DNA of 61,503 nt, counting the filler, from Dugesia japonica (lineage: Eukaryota): the NCBI GenBank assembly GCA_001938525.1. It is 5 parts of 5 records of this genome, joined end to end, with 100 filler letters (N's around TTAATTAATTAA, not from the genome) between each part and the next. Parts side by side here need not be neighbours in the genome. Positions count along the whole stretch, not along the records: positions 1 to 22,411 come from MQRL01633926.1; positions 22,512 to 30,945 come from MQRL01637206.1; positions 31,046 to 39,300 come from MQRL01644332.1; 2 more parts are not named here. One strand, given 5' to 3'. A program made the position numbers and the translations under genes. Of this stretch, positions 22,209 to 33,271 are shown piece after piece; the stretch's first letter is position 1; each line of letters begins with the position of its first letter. Below the pieces are notes generated by a model. The model was given only the letters and a program-made list of their open reading frames with translations, was not told the origin of the DNA and ran no database searches.

Positions 22209-22366
22209 GGCCTATGGATGCGCACCTCCTATCAAGAGAGAGGTCAACCTCCATAGACTGAATACCTAACCTAGGGGCGTTAGGTTAAATTCTTGAAAGG
22301 GTCCCCTGAGGGCTGTTTTTCCCCAGCCACCTTTTTCTTCATTTCGACTCAGGTAAAACCCCAACA
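22209..22366 (+). other. Conserved multi-hairpin domain at the LTR 3' end (also 16920-17077, 4410-4567 minus, partial 30725-30762)
   Basis: Compensatory base changes between copies in three stems. Confidence 0.7.
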
Positions 22367-22455
22367 ATAATAATAACAAAAATAATAATAATAATAATAA
22401 CAATAATAACANNNNNNNNNNNNNNNNNNNNNNNNNNNNNNNNNNNNNNNNNNNN

Positions 22456-22467
22456 TTAATTAATTAA
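22456..22467. other. Artificial contig linker TTAATTAATTAA (also 30990-31001, 39345-39356, 48873-48884)
   Basis: Identical six-frame-stop 12-mer embedded in Ns four times. Confidence 0.95.
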
Positions 22468-22511
22468 NNNNNNNNNNNNNNNNNNNNNNNNNNNNNNNNN
22501 NNNNNNNNNNN

Positions 22512-22574
22512 TTTTTGAATTTCGTGTTTACCTACGCCATTATATTTGCCTTAATCCGGTGTTTCACCCCAACA
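22512..22574 (-). mobile_element. 5' tip of another giant LTR copy at a contig edge
   Basis: TGTTGGGGTGAAACACCGG on the minus strand, abutting TTATTATT. Confidence 0.7.
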
Positions 22575-22616
22575 TTATTATTAATTTTTTTATTAATATC
22601 ATTAAAATAGTTGTAT

Positions 22617-23115
22617 AGGTGTGTATTTTTACACCTAATTGTAAACAATAATTTTTTATCAGCGTGTAAATTTTCACACATTATGTTTTATTAATTATTA
22701 TTATTAAAATGTTTTTTTATGGGTGTGAATTTTCACACTTTTGGCTTGAACTTTCACACCTTAATTATTTCCATTGATGTATGAATATTAAAAAACATAT
22801 CATTGTTGTTATTTAAATGTACTTTTTTTAAAAGTGTGACTTTTCACACCTTAGTGTAAACTGTGAACTTTCACACATTTGGCGCTAACTTTAACTTTGA
22901 AAACCATAACTTTAAAATTTTTTCCATAAAAATATGAGGAGCCTCAAATATTTTTTTTATATCAAATTATTTTTTATTGTTTCAAATAACATAAAAAATA
23001 TTTTACACATTTTTTTATTAAACAATTAAAGTGCTAAATAAAAACAATAATTTTTTATTGGCGTGTAAAACTTCACGTATTATTTATTATTTAAATGTTT
23101 TTATAAGTGTGCACA
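22617..23115. repeat. Cluster of ~8 imperfect palindromes GTGTGAA(N)TTTCACAC, probable MITE or subterminal repeats
   Basis: Motifs near 22617, 22662, 22721, 22747, 22833, 22855, 23061, 23107. Confidence 0.6.
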
Positions 23116-23580
23116 TTATTCTAATTCATTGAGTATTACTATATAAAGAAACAATATTATTTAAACGATTATTTTTAATTTTTAAATTATAACATCGTCG
23201 ACAACTGATTCTAGAATTTATACCTGGAATTATGATATTTTTTCTTTCAATGAATCTTTCAGCATTATGATGAGTAAAAATCATGTTGTCATTAACAAAT
23301 TAACCATAGTGATTTGTTTCCTTTTTTATTTTAACAAAGATAGTGTCCCTGACATTAATGTGAGTAGCAATAAATATCTTGAATACTACAATTGTTAATT
23401 GTTATTAAAATTTGTTATTAATCGATTTTAATTTTTATGATAACTAATAGGGTCATCAAAATTACTATTACTATCACCATTATTAACATCACCATTATTA
23501 ACATCACCATGTATATTCCGATTATTATCATTTTCATTATTATTATTTCCCCAGCACCACTATTATTACGGTTATGATAA

Positions 23581-24131
23581 CACTAGTAAAATGGTTTACC
23601 TTATTACTAATGCTATTCGTGTTCATACCGTTATGTTCGAAGATCACGGTCCCTATATATCATTTTTGATAGTTAAAATTTAGCCTGTCAAATTCCACCA
23701 CGCTAGTCATGGGAATTTGGGCAATATTATTCTTACAAGTAGCATTACTACTTAACATGGATATTATTAGTATTGTCGCTGATAATTTTATTCTCATTAT
23801 TACCCTTAGCGTTATGATTATGATTAGCATANNNNNNNNNNNNNNNNNNNNNNNNNNNNNNNNNNNNNNNNNNNNNNNNNNCACTAGTAAAATGGTTTAC
23901 CTTATTATTAATGCTATTCGTGTTCATACCGTTATGTTCGAAGATCATGGTCCCTATATATCATTTTTGATAGTTAAAATTTAGCCTGTCAAATCCCACC
24001 ACGCTAGTCATGAGAATTTGGGCAATATTATTCTTACAAGTAGCATTACTACTTAACGTGGATATTATTAGTATTGTCGCTGATAATTTTATTCTCATTA
24101 TTACCCTTAGCGTTATGATTATGATTAGCAT
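23581..24131 (+). repeat. ~250-bp direct duplication across an N gap
   Basis: 23581-23831 vs 23882-24131, about 5 substitutions. Confidence 0.85.
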
Positions 24132-24651
24132 ACCTTTTATTATCGTTATTACAGTTATTCTCCTCATTATCATTAATATTCATATTAATATTGTTAATAA
24201 AAGTCTTATTATTTCTATAGTTGGGTTGATAATCTCCACACAGTAACTGGTAATTTCGTTATCAATTACCATTAGTATTAGAATAAGTTTTACCAATCCT
24301 AAGAGATATCACTCTTTTCACTAATAAGTTAAGGAATATTGCCATGCTAAACTTTAATAACTAGAAAATCATTCGACGAGTTATATCATAATCTAGAAGA
24401 AACATTCTTAAAGGAAATAATTCCCATCCAGTCTCACAAATACCAGAAACAATGACTCAATGAAGTGAGATTGATGGACTATCAAGACAAAGAACAAAAA
24501 GAAGCATCACGATTATCATTAGCCCGAATCGATGAGAAACTAACAGCCGCCCAGAAACTCCACTATACAATTAAGAAGGAAATATATCTAAAGCTAACTA
24601 ATCGATTGGTAGAGTTATTGGAAGTTATACAATTGGTTACCAATTTCGAAA

Positions 24652-26040
24652 GTGAATGGACATAGTGGTTGCCAGTTAACTATGACTGCGTTAAATCAAA
24701 CATGGGTTAATCACACTACCAAGTATTGTTGGATAACTCGGAAGGAAATGAAACTAACATTCGCGGGATTAATGGTAGAAGTCCTGGAATCGGCACTCAG
24801 TCGAGCAGGATATCAATGCTTAACAGATAAATTTGTATGCACTCTCAGCGCTCTAGTGAATTTTAAGGCCAGAAAAAGCTATTTATACGATTTTGGGCTA
24901 AAACCAGGAGAGGAAATTGAACTCATAATATTCGATAAACACCCTGGTATAGATTATGATGTGTGGGTAACGAAAACCGGGAGATCAGCTCTAGAAATCA
25001 TGGAAGAATAGGTAAATCCTATTAAAATTAAGATACTCTCCATAGTATTAAGAAAGAAAGACCATCTGACAAAGCAGNNNNNNNNNNNNNNNNNNNNNNN
25101 NNNNNNNNNNNNNNNNNNNNNNNNNNNNNNNNNNNNNNNNNNNNNNNNNNNNNNNNNNNNNNNNNNNNNNNNNNNNNNNNNNNNNNNNNNNNNNNNNNNN
25201 NNNNNNNNNNNNNNNNNNACAAAGTACAAGCTGAGAAAGAAAAGTTACCCCGAGAAACTTATTGGATTATAATGAATAGAATTTACGACATATACGATGA
25301 GATTTAAATACCGGAAGAAATCGAAGATCAATAGCTCACAATTAGACAGAAATATGCAGTAATTTACCTGTACAAAAGTAAGGCCATAGATGCTGAATTT
25401 TAATCCAATCCTAAACATTGTTATTATGAGATAGAGATTATCCATAACAATGAGAAACGTTATGTAAAACCAATTACTCGAAAAATATCACCACTAGTGT
25501 ATAAACCGAATATCATAAACTGCTCCAATGTATTTGGACCTCAATATGTAATGTCAGACGGGTCGTGGATAAAATTCCGTCAACGAATGGTAGTGGGGGT
25601 TGAGCCCCGGAAATTCTCAATGTTACAATTAAACGGAGGAATTCAATTCACCCCAATTGATGTAAACAAAAGAGGTATTTACTGCAAGAAAAAGCCAGGG
25701 AATATATGTTATTTCCCGTCTGAAGAATGCAGATTTTGTCAAATATAGTGCAATTAACCAGTGGAACAAACATAGACGGACGTTTTAATTATGATGCACT
25801 ATTGTCAGCCGATCATTTCTAGAAAGCTACCGAAAATGTCATGCGGAAAATGCGGGGAAGATTCATAATATTTCGTCAAGCTATGGCAGGGTTGTTAGGA
25901 GTTATGTTAATAATTTTAGTAACACGAGTGGTGATTACGCAGTTGTTTGCTTGTTTCGAAATCTACAAGAGAGAACAGAAAGTGAATTGGAAAATGATAA
26001 CTGGATTATTTCCATTTTTAGNCAAAATTATGTTGCTCAA
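24652..26040 (+). pseudogene. env-like class III fusion glycoprotein remnant (chuvirus-G / herpes-gB type)
   Basis: 25350-25683: VIYLYK..HCYYEIEIIHNNEKRYVKPITRKI..IINCSNVFGPQYVMSDGSW..GIY, then TM block FIIFRQAMAGLLGVMLIILV..WKMITGLF. Recognised by eye only. Confidence 0.65.
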
Positions 26041-26643
26041 CAGCCACTCAAAGTATTTCGACAGAGATAAACGTTTCATTTACAAACTCGGACAAATAAG
26101 AAGATTGAATAAGAAGGTTGTAATGCAACTCCGGTTGTTGTGTGAGGAAATGAGCAATAGTAAAAAGAAAATATCATATTTCAACCAATTTAAGGAAAGG
26201 TTTAAGAATAAAAGTGAAAGTAGTAGTAGTAGCGATGATGTCAGGAGGAGAGCAGTGGAATGCCACATGCACCAAGTTATAAAACCGCCATGGAGTATGA
26301 TGCAGAAATTTAAAAACAGCAATATATAAAAACCAGTAAAATGTAACGATTGAAAAATGCACTGAGATTTGGAGGAAATGAAAATACACCAGCACCTGCA
26401 CAGATGTATTATAACGCATATCCGCAGCATGGTTGGCAACCCATGAATCAACAGCCACAACAAGTACGGGCACAAGGTCCAATGTACAACGATCCTTATA
26501 TGAGGTCACCACAAGCACCTAGTATGGCATTGTTAACATAAAGTAACCTATCAGCTATTGACAGAAGAATTACTGACAAAAATTTGCGTTCTCCAAATAA
26601 CCAAATTACTAGCGATGACAAACTGGAAACTCAAACCGTATGT

Positions 26644-28800
26644 ATGATGATCTCCCAAGGATAAAAGTGAACGGAAGATGGGTTATAGCCATCATTGAAA
26701 CGGGAGCAAGTATGACTCTAATTCAGAAGAGAATATTAGAAGAATACAGATTTTTCAGAATAAAAATTACTAAAGGAGTTATCATTACTACATTTGGAGA
26801 ATAAATATCACCATTAGGAGAAACAATCTGTGAAATGGATAGCAATAGAATCTGACTATGGCATAAAATGCAGATAATGAATGAACCTCCAAATTGTGTG
26901 CTCAAAATACAACAGTTTTTAGGCCTCGCAAACTACTATCTTAAATTCATCAAGGATTTCGCAATAATCGCGAAATCTTTGCAAGAGTTGGTCAAGCAAG
27001 ATACCGTATTCATTTGGGGACCCGAAGAACAGCAATCCTTTGAAACATTACGCGATAAATTAATTACCGCACAAATTCTGATTCATTTGGATTTCAAAAA
27101 ACCATTTATACTAGCTACAGATGCTAATGGATTTACAATGGGAGCAGTACTGAGTCAATTGGACGAACAAAGGAGAGAAAGGGGGATTGCTTATTTTAGA
27201 AAAAAAATCTAAGGAGCAGAACTAACTAAATAAACTAAATTACAGTACAACGGAACGGGAGATCATGGCAATTGTGAAGGCCACCAAGCATTTTTGATCA
27301 CTTATACATGGTCATGAAGTCTTAATATAAACCGATCACCTTCCTATCTCATTTATGACCCAAAAGCCGTTACTTTGGAATAGAATGGCTAAATGGCAAT
27401 GCAGGATTATTGAACACTATTGAAATTCAAAAATGATAAAGCAAATTCAAATGCCGACTGTCTATCAAGAATTGGCTGACACGAGGAGCCCGAAAATTCC
27501 ACGAATGACTCAGAAACGTTCACTTTACGAGAATTACTTGAAAAGAAAGTAGGAATGGTTTATTTTATATTAGCCGAGGATCAAAATTTTGATGTGTTAA
27601 AACAAGCGCAAGCAACTGACGAATAAATAAAGATCATTACGAAATATATGGAAGATTACAACCTAGAGAAACTGGAATGCGAACCTAGGATGAAGGAGCA
27701 TTTCACGCCTTCACTAAAAACTGGTTAACAGCTCAGGATGGTAAAATACTGTGGTCGTTATCCCAAAATCCAGTCGGGACAAATTATTGGGAAAATATCA
27801 CAATGGAGTGTTGGGAAGACATGTCTCAAAAGAAAACATAGTCGAAATTAAGGCAGAAATATTACTGGCCACACATGACAGAATCAATAAAGGAATGAAT
27901 TGCCAAATGTCAAATATGCGCTGCCAGAAAAGTAACAGAAAAACGAGTAAAAGCAATATTAAAGCCAATCGCTGTTCTCGCGGCACCTATGGAAATAATA
28001 GCTATGGATGTAGTCGGACAATTACCGCCAACACTGAGTGGAAACATATATTAATATATATATACTAACAATCATGGACTACTTGTCAAAATTTCCTGAT
28101 GCATTTCCGATTAAGAATCAAAAAGCAACCACTATCGTAGATATACTGGTACAAAAAGTTTTCAGTAGATATGGTACACCAAAGAAAATCGTAACTGATA
28201 AAGGAAAGAATTTCATGAGCAACATATTAGCAGAAATATTGATCTTCCTCAAAATACACCAATTTAGAACATCACCTTATCATCCACAAACAGATGGGCT
28301 AACGGAACGTTTCAATAAAACATTGATTAATATGTTATCTAGTTATGCACAAAAGTAACAGAATAACTGGGATATACACAGCCCTCAACATGGAAATGTC
28401 CATCCATCAACAAAGTATACTCCATTTGGACTTATGTATGGTAGATAATGCAACATGCCAATTAATTTGGCATTTCAACCGCCTATAACTCATATTAAGA
28501 TAAAACAGACTTCGCTGCCAATTTCAAAGAAACCATGCAGAAAATATGGAAACAAGCCAAGGAAAATGTAGGGTTTTACCAAGAAAGTTACAAAGATTTG
28601 CATGATAAAACAGCAGCTCAACATGCATTCAAGAAAGGTGACATTGTATTAATCAATTTACCGGATATTTGTGTTGGTACTACGTCAAAGTAAGCCCGTG
28701 GCAAGGTCCATATGAAGTAATTGAAGTAACCAAAACTAACCTCCAAGTTCGGAAAAAAGGAACTTATTAGAGAAACCTAAAATTTATCACGCCAATCTGT
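26644..28800 (+). pseudogene. Ty3/gypsy pol remnant: protease, RT thumb/RNase H, integrase with GPY/F motif (RT core deleted)
   Basis: AIIETGAS; QFLGLANYY..TDANGFTMGAVLSQ; NYSTTERE; YYWPHM..CQIC; MDVVG..TDKGKNF..YHPQTDGLTERFN; WQGPYEV. Confidence 0.92.
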
Positions 28801-29711
28801 GTAAACAGACAGCCGTGACAGATGAAATTACNNNNNNNNNNNNNNNNNNNNNNNNNNNNNNNNNNNNNNNNNNNNNNNNNNNNNNNNNNNNNNNNNNNNN
28901 NNNNNNNNNNNNNNNNNNNNNNNNNNNNNNNNNNNNNNNNNNNNNNNNNNNNNNNNNNNNNNNNNNNNNNNNNNNNNNNNNNNNNNNNNNNNGCTAATTA
29001 AGTCAGCGGGTTAAGGCATTGGGTACTACAACACTGTACCCTATAATACCACAAGGAACACATATGCCAGTAGCAGAAAATAGCTGTGCTCACTTCTCAC
29101 AATTAACATTAAAACAGAATTATAGAAGATAACTAGATTTTTGAAAAATGGTGTTTTTAAAATATGCCGACAAACAAAGGAAGGCCAAGAAAGTAAAGGA
29201 TAGTCAGATTTTGAATCAGTATACTCATACCAAAGCCGAAAAGAAAAACATAGAAGCCAAGGAAAACACTAAAACACTAAATACCTCCTTATCTACCAAG
29301 GAACTAAAGCACTCGAGTAAAATATGCATACTTAAAATAACAAATACACCAAATAATAATCATCCTCTTTAATCACAACAGACTATATCTATAACTAATA
29401 ATAGATCAATTATTGAACTACAAAATATTAAAACGTTATTTTTTAGTTCAGATAATAAAATGCATCGATCACTTATAATCGAAGCCATGAAGTATCCTCT
29501 ATCCAATCATGTGCCAAAGAAACCAAACACCAAGGCATGAAGAAATATGTATCCATATTATACGAATAACATGTCCNNNNTCCGCAATACAACTGGAGGA
29601 GAGTTGTCTTCAATGCATCAAGAAAACACAAATTATATTTAAAAATGCACTAAAGGCCATTTACGATCAACCAGCATGGGTGTCCAGACCAGAAAATTGG
29701 TTTAGAAAAGA

Positions 29712-30419
29712 TTGGATGGATCGCGAATTAAAGCACCAATTCAAGCACCTATTCATCAATCTATCATTAAAAAATTATATCTGCCATGCACAGATATCTA
29801 CAGTGATGAATTATTAGCGTCCATTCACGTTTTTCACAGTGCATTGGTACAATGGAACTGGGTAAGAGTTTATGAACCTCCAAATGTCCAATTACTATGG
29901 GGAATGGTTGGACCACCCATTCACATAAAGTACGAATTAAAAGATGTAGCTGAATTACACATAAAATCAGATAAACTAACCCCCAGAGAATCGGTGTCAG
30001 ACAATATCGAGAATACTAGCAAAGAAATACAACAGTTTATGAAAATAATGGAAAAGTCATTTAGTGGCCAAGTGAATCAAATGGAAGAGGAAGAGAAACA
30101 ATTAGCTAGCGTAGCCTTAGGAGGGATGGAAAGGATGAAAATGACAATAATATATGATGAGATAGATCAAGCAGAGAAAGAAAAACCAGAAAATGAGATA
30201 TCACAGAAAAACACGAGTATAATTACAATGGAAGTAATAATTATAATGGCTTTGTTATTATGGGCAATAATCAACAGTTGGTATTATGGCATATTAATTT
30301 GGTTGACCATGAAACTAGACAAAAATATGGGAAAAGGATACCCAACATCAATCGTAATTTATGGAGTCGTGGGAATAATCTTACTATGGCTAGCATTACC
30401 AGCACTGGCAACTCATTAA
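29712..30419 (+). CDS. Unknown post-integrase ORF remnant with two C-terminal hydrophobic segments
   Basis: 235 open codons downstream of IN on the same strand; truncated at the junction with an LTR fragment. Confidence 0.5.
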   Translation: MDGSRIKAPIQAPIHQSIIKKLYLPCTDIYSDELLASIHVFHSALVQWNWVRVYEPPNVQLLWGMVGPPIHIKYELKDVAELHIKSDKLTPRESVSDNIENTSKEIQQFMKIMEKSFSGQVNQMEEEEKQLASVALGGMERMKMTIIYDEIDQAEKEKPENEISQKNTSIITMEVIIIMALLLWAIINSWYYGILIWLTMKLDKNMGKGYPTSIVIYGVVGIILLWLALPALATH

Positions 30420-30420
30420 A

Positions 30421-30762
30421 TACAACCTGGCGGCACAGACAAAAGCCTTATAGAATGAAAATAAATTGTTATTGCAAAGAAAAATAGATTTCCTCTAGCA
30501 ATACATACCCGACCTCTCTCGTCAGTTAGGTAACCCCACCTGGATCCAATGGGACGACAACGACGATGTTGCCGCCTTCAGTCTTTCCATAACTGATCCA
30601 GACCAGTGGTTAGACCCTGGCGTGTTATATGAGTTATAAATATTATATTAATAAATGTTTTCGCGTATCGTTAGTTGAATTTTATGTGTAACTTAAGGGA
30701 AAATAGTAAACCCAAATAAAAAAACCTATGGGCACGCACCTCCCATTAAGAGAGAGGTCTAC
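30421..30762 (+). mobile_element. 3' fragment of giant LTR (family C tail, polyA signal, start of hairpin domain)
   Basis: NLAAQTKAL..QYIPDLSRQLGNPTWIQWDDNDDVAAF..DQWLDPG (stop 30639), then ACCTC..GAGGT stem. Confidence 0.8.
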
Positions 30763-30945
30763 CACAGTAGGATGATAGTGGCACACCCGCCCACTTGCAT
30801 AGCGCTGGGCGGAACCCCCCCGGGGGGGACTCGGAAACACATTACGCTTGTGCTATGATTTTTGGGCTGGTTATTTTTTTTCTAAGATTTTTGGGATCAA
30901 AAAATTTTTGATCGGATCAAATTTTTTTTTGATCGGATCAGTTTT
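30763..30945 (+). mobile_element. Terminus of a different element interrupting the LTR end
   Basis: LTR homology stops at CACAGTAGG; GC-rich hairpins follow, then GATC-spaced subterminal repeats. Confidence 0.45.
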
Positions 30946-32406
30946 NNNNNNNNNNNNNNNNNNNNNNNNNNNNNNNNNNNNNNNNNNNNTTAATTAATTA
31001 ANNNNNNNNNNNNNNNNNNNNNNNNNNNNNNNNNNNNNNNNNNNNTTTGAATTAAAATTTTAAAACTCACGCATTGTTGACTTATCTTGGCCAAATCCCC
31101 CAAGGTATCTCAACAAAATGAATTATATAAAACGATCTATGGTTATGTCCAAAAATTATTCTCGCAATAATTGCAATTCTAAAATAAATGATGAACTTAA
31201 TAAATCTTGATAAAATAAACGATGGAACCTTCATAAACTAATACTGAAAGAAGTAAAGCAAACGTTAATAATTGATGAGCCAAATGAAGCTTTATCAGAA
31301 AATAATAAAAGGAATAAAACCACATAGCATAAATGCTGAAAGAAATATTTAAAAATTGTATAATGAAAGCAATATAACTTTAAAATATCCCTGTATTGAA
31401 TAAAAGTGGAAGGAATAAAATTTTGCAAACTAACAGATTGAATAATACACTTCGAGTGATTAAAATACAAATAATAAATCTTTCCTAACCAAAATGGAAA
31501 GAAAGAAAAGCTATTAAATAAAGATAATAATAATGAGTTTTATTTAAATATAAAAATATATATATAATAAGATTATTATATATATACTTATACATATATA
31601 TAATAAGATTATTATATATATAATACAATTAAACGGTTTTGACTATATAAAATAAAAATAGAACATTTGAGATTTATTATGATCAATTTTTTTTAAAAAA
31701 AAAATGAATGAATTAAGACATTTGCAAGGTAAAAAGGCTCAGCTTTATTTTCTCGTGTGTGTGGCATTGGCTTGTTTTTGGATGTGTTGAGAGTTTTTAA
31801 ATTGCCATGTTGGGTTGTTATGCGGTGCGGTTCTTCACGAGTTTGTAAAAATGAATGAAATCAGAAATTAATAACCGCTGTATTTTACATTTTTAACAAG
31901 AAAATTGAATAAATAAATGGAGCAGCGGATTAGAGTGATAATAATACATCAGATATCATAATTCGTCATAGATGTTAATTTGAATTTAAATTTATAAACA
32001 GATTAGTGGGTTGCGTACTTTTTATTTATTTACTTATTAATTAATTAATTATTTGTTTATTTTGTTTGGCGACGATGAAATGTTATTTATATTAAGCGAT
32101 AAGATCCTGCACAACAATTAAGTTAATCATCAAAACGTTCTCTGATAATTTCTAAAGTAAGAATAAAATGGCCGAGTTACAATGTGACTCAACAGAAATC
32201 ACAAAATCTTAAGACGGACTAACACTCTGGTCCGCTGGACCCGAACCACAGGGCGGTTACAGGATTCTCACAGAAGATAGTCACCGGAACCAAACCGAGA
32301 GCAGATAGGGGAGATCAGACGTAAAATGCTTGTGGTTTACACGAGCATGCCCCTATAGTAGAACTAAACATCAATAGGTTGTGGAAACCCAACTATATTA
32401 TTATTA

Positions 32407-32932
32407 GTTGATTTTCAGCAATATTAATATCATTTGATACTTGGCAATACTAATATTAATTGATACCTGGTAATACTAATATTAGTTGATACTCGGCAAT
32501 ACTAATATTAGTTGATACTTGGTAATACTAATATTAGATGATACTTGGCAATACTAATATTAGTTGATACTCGGCAATACTAATATTAGTTGATACTCGG
32601 CAATACTAATATTAGTTGATACTTGGTAATACTAATATTAGTTGATACCTGGTAATACTAATATTAGTTGATACTTGGCAATACTAATATTAGTTGATAC
32701 CTGGTAATACTAACATTAGTTGATACTTGGCAATACTAATATTAGTTGATACCTGGTAATACTAATATTAGTTGATACTTGGTAATACTAATATTAGTTG
32801 ATACTTGGCAATACTAATATTAGTTGATACTTGGCAATATTAATATTAGTTGATACTTGGCAATATTAATATTAGTTGATACTCGGCAATATTAAAATTA
32901 ATATAAGTTGATCCCCAGCAATATTAATATTA
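32407..32932 (+). repeat. 26-bp minisatellite, ~20 units (TAATATTAGTTGATACYYGGYAATAC)
   Basis: Contiguous tandem units; related degenerate units at ~43945-44000. Confidence 0.95.
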
Positions 32933-33031
32933 GAATTAAGTTACTCTCGAGGAACATCTTAAATTCTTCTTGAGGATATCAATATTTGAATTTTCCCCAG
33001 AGAACTTTTAATTAAACAACAAATTGCTTAC

Positions 33032-33271
33032 CAAATAAATTGGTATTGAATTCATCAATAATTTTCCAAATTCTTTCAATTAGTTTGTTAACTCGACGTT
33101 TACAAATTCCTTTGTCACATACTCCATGAGCGCACGGTCGGCCATCATTTAATGTCAATTTTGAATCTGCAATGTTTGTTAGAAAAGCAGATGCTGGTTG
33201 GCATTCTTTAACTTTGCTTTTATCAATCAAACTAGGAGGATTCTGGCAGCAAATAAGGCAAGATTCTTCAA
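33032..33271 (-). CDS. ADAM17: Internal exon of an ADAM17/TACE-like metalloprotease (membrane-proximal domain)
   Basis: SCLICC..LNDGRPCAHGVCDKGICKRRVNKLIERIWKIIDEFNTNLFG matches the ADAM17 GKPCTVGFCD..CEKRVQDVIERFW..INTFG segment; tttcag acceptor, gtaagc donor, 240 bp. Confidence 0.85.

Larger units (their letters stand above)
17256..22366 (+). mobile_element. Giant LTR-like unit, copy c (~5.1 kb, most complete)
   Basis: Begins GGGTGAAACACCC at the gap edge and ends ACCCCAACA. Promoter, leader, B, A, D, C and hairpin domain in order; AAT repeats on both sides. Confidence 0.85.

Noticed and set aside
22512-22620. Reading this LTR tip as the 5' LTR of the downstream env-pol region
   Set aside because: No PBS follows, and its orientation conflicts with the LTR fragment at 30421; treated as an independent insertion.
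23581-24131. Duplicated hydrophobic ORFs as membrane-protein genes
   Set aside because: Low-complexity ATT-rich DNA duplicated across a gap; probably haplotype overlap or local tandem duplication.
32407-32932. CRISPR-like regular array
   Set aside because: Units are contiguous with no unique spacers; eukaryotic minisatellite.
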